From assembly GCA_903916665.1 (NCBI GenBank), contig CAIWXP010000180.1, positions 1 through 9,869 on the forward strand: a stretch of 9,869 nucleotides of DNA, in the 5' to 3' direction. Both the position numbers and the translations under genes were made by a program. The notes below the pieces were generated by a model. The model did no database searches. It was given only the letters and a program-made list of their open reading frames with translations, and was not told the DNA's origin. The stretch comes from Candidatus Iainarchaeum sp. GTDB lineage: Archaea > Iainarchaeota > Iainarchaeia > Iainarchaeales > 0-14-0-20-30-16. Of this stretch, positions 5,620 through 9,869 are shown one piece after another (the stretch's first letter is position 1; each line of letters begins with the position of its first letter).

Positions 5620-6618
5620 ATGGCAAAGGAAATATCTAAAACAGCACAATTAGTAGATCTAGATCTCTTAGATAAAAAGATTCTATTTGAATTGGATATT
5701 AATTCTAGAATGCCCATAACACAATTATCTAAAAAAGTAAGAGCAAATAGAAATGTTGTAGAGTATAGAATGAAAAGGTTAGAAGAAAAAGGAGTAATAC
5801 AAAAATATGTTACTTTGATTGATGCGGGGCAAGTAGGCTTAATGGCATGGAACATTTATTTAGAATTTCAAAATACAACTCCTGAAATAGAACAAAATAT
5901 TATTGATTATTTAAAAAAACATAAAAAATGTTGGTGGATTGCATCAACAACAGGTAGTTGGGATTTAATTTATAGTATTCTAGTTAAAGATATAAAAGAA
6001 TTTTATAATACTGTTGATGAATTTAATTCTGAGTTTGGTCAATACATTTTAAATCAAAGTTTGGCTGCGCATGTTGAAATTTATATTTTTTCTAGAGGTT
6101 ATTTTTTGAATAAAGCCTCTGTTCAAACTATTTGGTATAAAACCTATAATCCACAAAAGATAGACGAGATCGATAAAGCAATATTAAGTGAGTTATCGAC
6201 CAATGCAAGAATTCCTTTGGTTACATTAGCACATAAAATTGGTCAGACGCCAAGAATAGTATCCTATAGAATAAATGATTTAATAAAAAGAAAAATAATT
6301 ACTGTTTTTAGATTACAATTAAACCCGGATATTTATGGTTATAAATTTTATAAAGTTTTGATTTATTTGAAAAATCAAAATAAAAAAAGTAATAATTTAT
6401 TAAGAGAATATTGCAGACAATTGGGAACAATAATGCACTATGAATTGAAAATTGGTCCCTGGATGTTAGAGTTAGAATTAGACTCAAAAAGCTATGAAGA
6501 AATAAATGAACTAATGAAAACAATGAAAACCAAATTTAATGATTACATTAAAAGCTATGAAATATTACAAATAAGCGAAGAATTAAAAGGAGAATTAAAT
6601 GTTACTTTACAGTTGTAA
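5620..6618 (+). CDS. Tandem (double) Lrp/AsnC-family transcriptional regulator 2
   Basis: The N-half is LLDKKILFELDINSRMPITQLSKKVRANRNVVEYRMKRLEEKGVI followed by a RAM-like segment (WNIYLEF...WDLIYSILVK...). The C-half is EIDKAILSELSTNARIPLVTLAHKIGQTPRIVSYRINDLIKRKII followed by FYKVLIYLKN...MLELELDS. The start is placed at 5620 (MAKEISK). The ORF-track start at 5581 lies inside the TATA region, and its first 13 residues have no counterpart in the paralogs. Confidence 0.82.
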   Translation: MAKEISKTAQLVDLDLLDKKILFELDINSRMPITQLSKKVRANRNVVEYRMKRLEEKGVIQKYVTLIDAGQVGLMAWNIYLEFQNTTPEIEQNIIDYLKKHKKCWWIASTTGSWDLIYSILVKDIKEFYNTVDEFNSEFGQYILNQSLAAHVEIYIFSRGYFLNKASVQTIWYKTYNPQKIDEIDKAILSELSTNARIPLVTLAHKIGQTPRIVSYRINDLIKRKIITVFRLQLNPDIYGYKFYKVLIYLKNQNKKSNNLLREYCRQLGTIMHYELKIGPWMLELELDSKSYEEINELMKTMKTKFNDYIKSYEILQISEELKGELNVTLQL

Positions 6619-6622
6619 TATT

Positions 6623-7753
6623 TTATTTTTGTTCAATTAATTTTCCATTTTTTGTTTTCACAATAACAAAATTACCGTTTAATATCATGCCTTCTTTATC
6701 AAATTGTATTTTTCCAGATAATCCTAAATAATCAATATCGTGCAAATAATCAATAATTTTATTTGTGTCAATGTTTTTTGTATTTATTATTGCCTCGTTT
6801 AATAGCATTAAAGAATCATAGGCTCTGTTCCCACATAAATCAGAATCTATTTTAATCATTCCAGTTCTTTGTTTCAATTCATCACTAAACAAAGTATTTG
6901 TTTCAGAGGTCTTCAAAACAGTTCCATATATGTTATCAGATATTGATCCTAATTTTGCAACTAAATCTTTATCCAATAAACTAGGAACGAAAATAGTTTG
7001 TTTTAGATTTATTTCTTTTGCTTGCTCAAATAATTTTTCTTGACCACCAACATATTGCGGCGCAAATATTATTTCGGCATCACCATTATTGATTTTAATT
7101 AAATAACTTCTCAAATCTGATTCGTCAGTTGTGTTGTGTTCAATAATTGTTATTGTTCCACCTAATTCTGAGAATCGTTCTTTGAATATTGTTTCTTCTC
7201 CTAAGCACCAATCACTTTGGCAGGAAAATATTGCTGCTTTTCTTTTGCTCAATACATTATAAATATATTCTGCAGATAATTTTCCATCTAAATTATCTAA
7301 AGGATACAAACTAAAAATATAATTTTTTATATTTTTTAAATCTGGTGAACTTGCGCAGGGAGATATTGTTAACGTTTCTGATGATTCTATTAAATCTTTT
7401 CCTACCAATGTTTCTGAGCTACAAATACCTCCAATAATAAAATTAACTTTATCTACATTTATTAATTTATTAAATGCTGCAGAGCCTTGCATGGCACTGC
7501 ATTGACCATCTTCAATTATAAATTTAATAGGTCTATTATTAATTTTATTATTTAAATTATCTGCTGCTAATTCTAATGCTGCTTTGGCAGATATTCCATA
7601 GGTCGCCATATCTCCTGTTAAAGGAACAATAACTCCTATTTTTATTGGGTCAGTATTTGATAATATAAATAATCCAGAAGACTTTGCACCAATTATAAAT
7701 ATTATACTTAAAATTACTATTCCAACAATTACAAAGATAATTTTTTTATCCAT
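6623..7753 (-). CDS. LivK/Peripla_BP_6-type ABC substrate-binding protein 3, with N-terminal membrane anchor or signal
   Basis: Family hallmarks are IKIGVIVPLTGDMATYG, EDGQC...GICSSE, FSELGGTI and YLGLSGKIQFDKEG. The N-terminus MDKKIIFVIVGIVILSIIFIIG is hydrophobic. An AGGTG (complement of 7759-7763) sits 5 nt upstream of the ATG (7753). Confidence 0.9.
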   Translation of the reverse strand: MDKKIIFVIVGIVILSIIFIIGAKSSGLFILSNTDPIKIGVIVPLTGDMATYGISAKAALELAADNLNNKINNRPIKFIIEDGQCSAMQGSAAFNKLINVDKVNFIIGGICSSETLVGKDLIESSETLTISPCASSPDLKNIKNYIFSLYPLDNLDGKLSAEYIYNVLSKRKAAIFSCQSDWCLGEETIFKERFSELGGTITIIEHNTTDESDLRSYLIKINNGDAEIIFAPQYVGGQEKLFEQAKEINLKQTIFVPSLLDKDLVAKLGSISDNIYGTVLKTSETNTLFSDELKQRTGMIKIDSDLCGNRAYDSLMLLNEAIINTKNIDTNKIIDYLHDIDYLGLSGKIQFDKEGMILNGNFVIVKTKNGKLIEQK

Positions 7754-7874
7754 TTAATCACCTTAATATTACTTTCTCTATTAAGTAGATTATATAAATT
7801 AGGTTCTATTTTTAAGAAAAAAGGTAAATATATATACTACTTTATACTATTATTTCTTATAAATAGGTAATATT
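7754..7874. promoter_or_regulatory. 121-bp divergent promoter region of cassette 3
   Basis: It contains the binding-protein SD (7759-7763, minus strand). A minus-strand TTTATATA (complement of 7791-7798) is about 41 nt upstream of the binding-protein ATG, which would give a leader of about 15 nt. GTTCTATTTTT lies at 7803-7813. Plus-strand TATA candidates are TATATACT (7831-7838) and TTTATACT (7841-7848). A weak AGGT at 7865-7868 precedes the regulator ATG at 7875. Confidence 0.45.
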
Positions 7875-8843
7875 ATGCGAATAGACAAATTAGACTATAA
7901 AATTCTTTTTGAATTAGATCGTGATTCTAGGTTACCTATTACTGATTTGGCAAAGAAAGTAAGATTAAGTAAAGATTCTGTAATTTATCGAATTAAAAGA
8001 ATGGAAACTCAAGGAATAATATTGACCTATGAAACCTACGCGAATTCTGGCAAATTAGGATATATTAATGCAAGAATTAATTTAAGACTTCAAAATACTA
8101 CTTTAGCTATTGAAAATGAAATAAATAAATATATTTTAAATCAGAAGTTTGTTACTTTTTTTGCAAGTGTTGAAGGAGATATAGATTTAATTATTTTTGT
8201 AATGGTAAAATCAGTAAACGAATTGAATTTATTTTACAATGATTTAGTTTCTAGATATGGGAATTATATTAACAATAAAGAATTAGGTGTATATTCAAAA
8301 GTTATTCATTTTAGTAGAAATTATTTAGTTAATGAAAAATCAAGATCTAGTTTTAGTTTTGTATCATCAGATGATAAGATTGATTTAGACAAATTAGATT
8401 ATGACTTATTGCAAATATTATCTAAAAACGCAAGAACTAGTATTGTTGATATTTCAAAAAGATTATCAATATCTGTTAAAACAGCATCAAATAGAATAAA
8501 AAAATTAAAAGAAAAACAAATAATAACAGGAAGTACAATATCTTTAGATTTAGATAAATTAGGTGTATTATATTATAAAGTGTGTATTGATTTAAAAGAA
8601 TTAAATAATGATATGACAAAAAAATTAGATTCTTTTTTTGCATCGCATCCAAACGTAGTATATAGAGATTATGTTGTTTGTGGTCATGATTGTGAAGTAG
8701 AAATAGAAGTTTTTAAAGCAAGTGAGTTGAGGACATTTATTAATGATGTAAAAGATAAGTTTTCAAATGTGATTAAAGATTATAGTATTTTGCATTATTA
8801 TAAATTGCATAGATTGAGTCAACAATTATTATTGGAAAGGTGA
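7875..8843 (+). CDS. Tandem (double) Lrp/AsnC-family transcriptional regulator 3
   Basis: The N-half is KLDYKILFELDRDSRLPITDLAKKVRLSKDSVIYRIKRMETQGII followed by a RAM-like segment (ARINLRL...IDLIIFVMVK...). The C-half is KLDYDLLQILSKNARTSIVDISKRLSISVKTASNRIKKLKEKQII followed by YYKVCIDLKE...HPNVVYR...CEVEIEVF. Each half is about 160 aa, the size of a complete Lrp/AsnC protein. Confidence 0.85.
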   Translation: MRIDKLDYKILFELDRDSRLPITDLAKKVRLSKDSVIYRIKRMETQGIILTYETYANSGKLGYINARINLRLQNTTLAIENEINKYILNQKFVTFFASVEGDIDLIIFVMVKSVNELNLFYNDLVSRYGNYINNKELGVYSKVIHFSRNYLVNEKSRSSFSFVSSDDKIDLDKLDYDLLQILSKNARTSIVDISKRLSISVKTASNRIKKLKEKQIITGSTISLDLDKLGVLYYKVCIDLKELNNDMTKKLDSFFASHPNVVYRDYVVCGHDCEVEIEVFKASELRTFINDVKDKFSNVIKDYSILHYYKLHRLSQQLLLER

Positions 8844-8885
8844 ATATATTTAATAATAGATTATATAATATATAAGGGATAAAAC

Positions 8886-9752
8886 ATGATAGATTACTTT
8901 GCAACAGTATTGGTATTTTTTATTTATAATGTTTTAACTGCTGTTGCTGCCAATTTAACGCTGGGTTATTTAGGTTTATTTAATTTGGGTTTAATTGCAT
9001 TAATTGGTATTGGTGCCTATTGTTATGCATTATTTCAAAGTATTGGTTGCGGGTTTTGGTTATCTACTTTATTGGCAATTTTAATACCTGGGTTGTTTGC
9101 AATAGGTTTGCAATATTTGACAAGAAAATTAAAGGGAGATTATTTTGGTATTGCAACACTTGGTTTTACCTATTTAGTATTTGCAATATTAGTAAATGCA
9201 GATTTTACTCGCGGAGCATTAGGAATTCCAGGAATTCCCAAACCAGTTATATTTGGTTTTGAATTTGGATCTCCTTTATTATTTTTATTATTTTCAACAA
9301 TTGTTTTAGTAATTGTTTTGTTTATTGTTTATAGATTAGTAAATTCTAGATTTGGAAGACTAATGCAGGCAATAAGGGATGATGAGACAAGCGTAAAAGT
9401 TTTAGGAAAAAATACTGATGCAGTAAAATACAAAGTAACTTTCTTTGCAGGTTGTATTGCAGGATTAGCAGGAATGATCTTTGCATCCTTTATAACATTC
9501 ATCGATCCATTCTCATTTTTATTACCACCATTAATTACAATATTAACAATTGCAATTCTTGGAGGACTAGCATCTTTCTGGGGGCCCGTATTAGGTGCCG
9601 CAATAATAACTGTTATTCCTGAGCTATTGCGATTTGTTGGCTTGCCATCAAGTGTTCTAGGCCCTCTAAGAGTTTTAATCTATGCAGTAATATTAATAGT
9701 TGTTTTAGTCTATTGGCCCAAAGGTATTTTAGGCAATATAAAATATGAGTGA
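8886..9752 (+). CDS. livM: Branched-chain amino acid (HAAT family) ABC transporter permease, LivM-type
   Basis: This is a 288-aa polytopic membrane protein. NLTLGYLGLFNLGLIALIGIGAYCYAL matches the LivM signature (..G.aG..slG.a.f.giGAY). It also has a cytoplasmic-loop segment RFGRLMQAIRDDE..VKVLGKN and the GG..S..GP.LGA motif. A weak SD (AAGGGA, 8874-8879) precedes the ATG. Confidence 0.9.
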   Translation: MIDYFATVLVFFIYNVLTAVAANLTLGYLGLFNLGLIALIGIGAYCYALFQSIGCGFWLSTLLAILIPGLFAIGLQYLTRKLKGDYFGIATLGFTYLVFAILVNADFTRGALGIPGIPKPVIFGFEFGSPLLFLLFSTIVLVIVLFIVYRLVNSRFGRLMQAIRDDETSVKVLGKNTDAVKYKVTFFAGCIAGLAGMIFASFITFIDPFSFLLPPLITILTIAILGGLASFWGPVLGAAIITVIPELLRFVGLPSSVLGPLRVLIYAVILIVVLVYWPKGILGNIKYE

Positions 9753-9757
9753 TATGC

Positions 9758-9869
9758 ATGAAATATATTAGTTTAGCATTGATTTTAATATTAGTATTAA
9801 CAATCACTATGTTTTTTAGTGGTTGTGTATCTGAGAAAAAACAAGAAATAAAAGTAGGCGCAGTATTTG
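9758..9869 (+). CDS. Fourth LivK-type substrate-binding protein, lipoprotein-type signal, 5' fragment running off the window
   Basis: This gene is not in the supplied ORF track because no stop lies within the window. My own translation from the ATG at 9758 gives MKYISLALILILVLTITMFFSGCVSEKKQEIKVGAVF. That is a hydrophobic signal followed by a lipobox-like FSGC and then (E)IKVGAVF, which aligns with the IKIG(V/L)I(A/V)PL start of the mature domain in binding proteins 1-3. It starts 5 nt after the livM stop, which suggests co-transcription. Only 37 codons are visible. Confidence 0.65.
   Translation, partial: MKYISLALILILVLTITMFFSGCVSEKKQEIKVGAVF

Noticed and set aside
6590-6640. A hairpin terminator at the third convergent junction (regulator 2 / binding protein 3), by analogy with 1316-1345 and 4370-4392.
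   Set aside because: Only a 5-bp stem with a 2-nt loop (TTACA-GT-TGTAA, 6607-6618) and the short palindrome AATTAATT (6635-6642) are present, which is too weak to call. The junction does have a T-rich run on the plus strand (6620-6631).
7762-7785. Inverted repeat CTTAATA-N10-TATTAAG in the putative 5' leader of binding protein 3.
   Set aside because: The arms are 7 bp and purely AT-rich apart from one C/G pair. There is no equivalent in the leaders of binding proteins 1 and 2, and chance explains it easily at this base composition.
3354-8843. Alternative reading of the double-Lrp proteins as siroheme decarboxylase (AhbA/B or NirDL-like) enzymes.
   Set aside because: No other heme or siroheme pathway genes are in the window. 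Three diverged copies are each paired divergently with a transporter binding-protein gene, which fits local regulators better. This cannot be excluded without alignment to AhbA/B, so it stays as a refutation test in the findings.
7786-8868. A shared 12-mer TAGATTATATAA at 7786-7797 (cassette 3 intergenic region) and 8857-8868 (upstream of livM), considered as a common regulatory motif.
   Set aside because: It is essentially a TATA-like string. By rough estimate, a single 12-mer match among the AT-rich intergenic regions of this window is not clearly beyond chance. It probably reflects two promoter TATA boxes rather than a specific operator.
1-9869. CRISPR arrays, insertion sequences, integrases, toxin-antitoxin or other defence genes, and tRNA-linked island boundaries.
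   Set aside because: There are no regularly spaced direct repeats; the spacer palindromes occur only twice and differ in length. No transposase- or integrase-like ORF is present. I saw no duplicate of the tRNA-Arg 3' end elsewhere in the window that could mark an att site. The tRNA 3' ends also point away from the liv locus.

Overview
The window is strongly AT-rich and almost fully coding. At the left edge are two minus-strand tRNA genes, a partial tRNA-Ser(UGA) and a complete tRNA-Arg(UCU). They are separated by a 259-bp spacer with no convincing gene, which carries two copies of a TTTCTTTG(A)AAAGAAA palindrome. The rest is a Liv/HAAT-type (branched-chain amino acid family) ABC transporter locus with an unusual layout. 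The livH-like permease (459-1325) and livM-like permease (8886-9752) are on the same strand but 7.56 kb apart. Between them lie a PHP-family phosphoesterase gene and three tandem cassettes of about 2.2 kb. Each cassette has a minus-strand, N-terminally membrane-anchored LivK/Peripla_BP_6-type binding protein. Across an AT-rich intergenic region of about 120 bp, it is divergently paired with a plus-strand regulator of about 320-345 aa. Each regulator contains two complete Lrp/AsnC modules (HTH-RAM-HTH-RAM) in one chain. A fourth binding-protein gene with a lipobox-type signal, absent from the ORF track, starts at 9758 and runs off the window. I see no ABC ATPase genes, mobile elements or CRISPR array. 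Several signals suggest an AT-rich archaeal host, possibly DPANN-like. These are TTTATA-type boxes about 25-30 nt upstream of start codons that lack Shine-Dalgarno (SD) sequences, tRNAs without encoded CCA, and a GCCT/AGGC D-stem. This host assignment is inference, not proof. All protein family calls rest on motifs recognised by eye; no database search was run.
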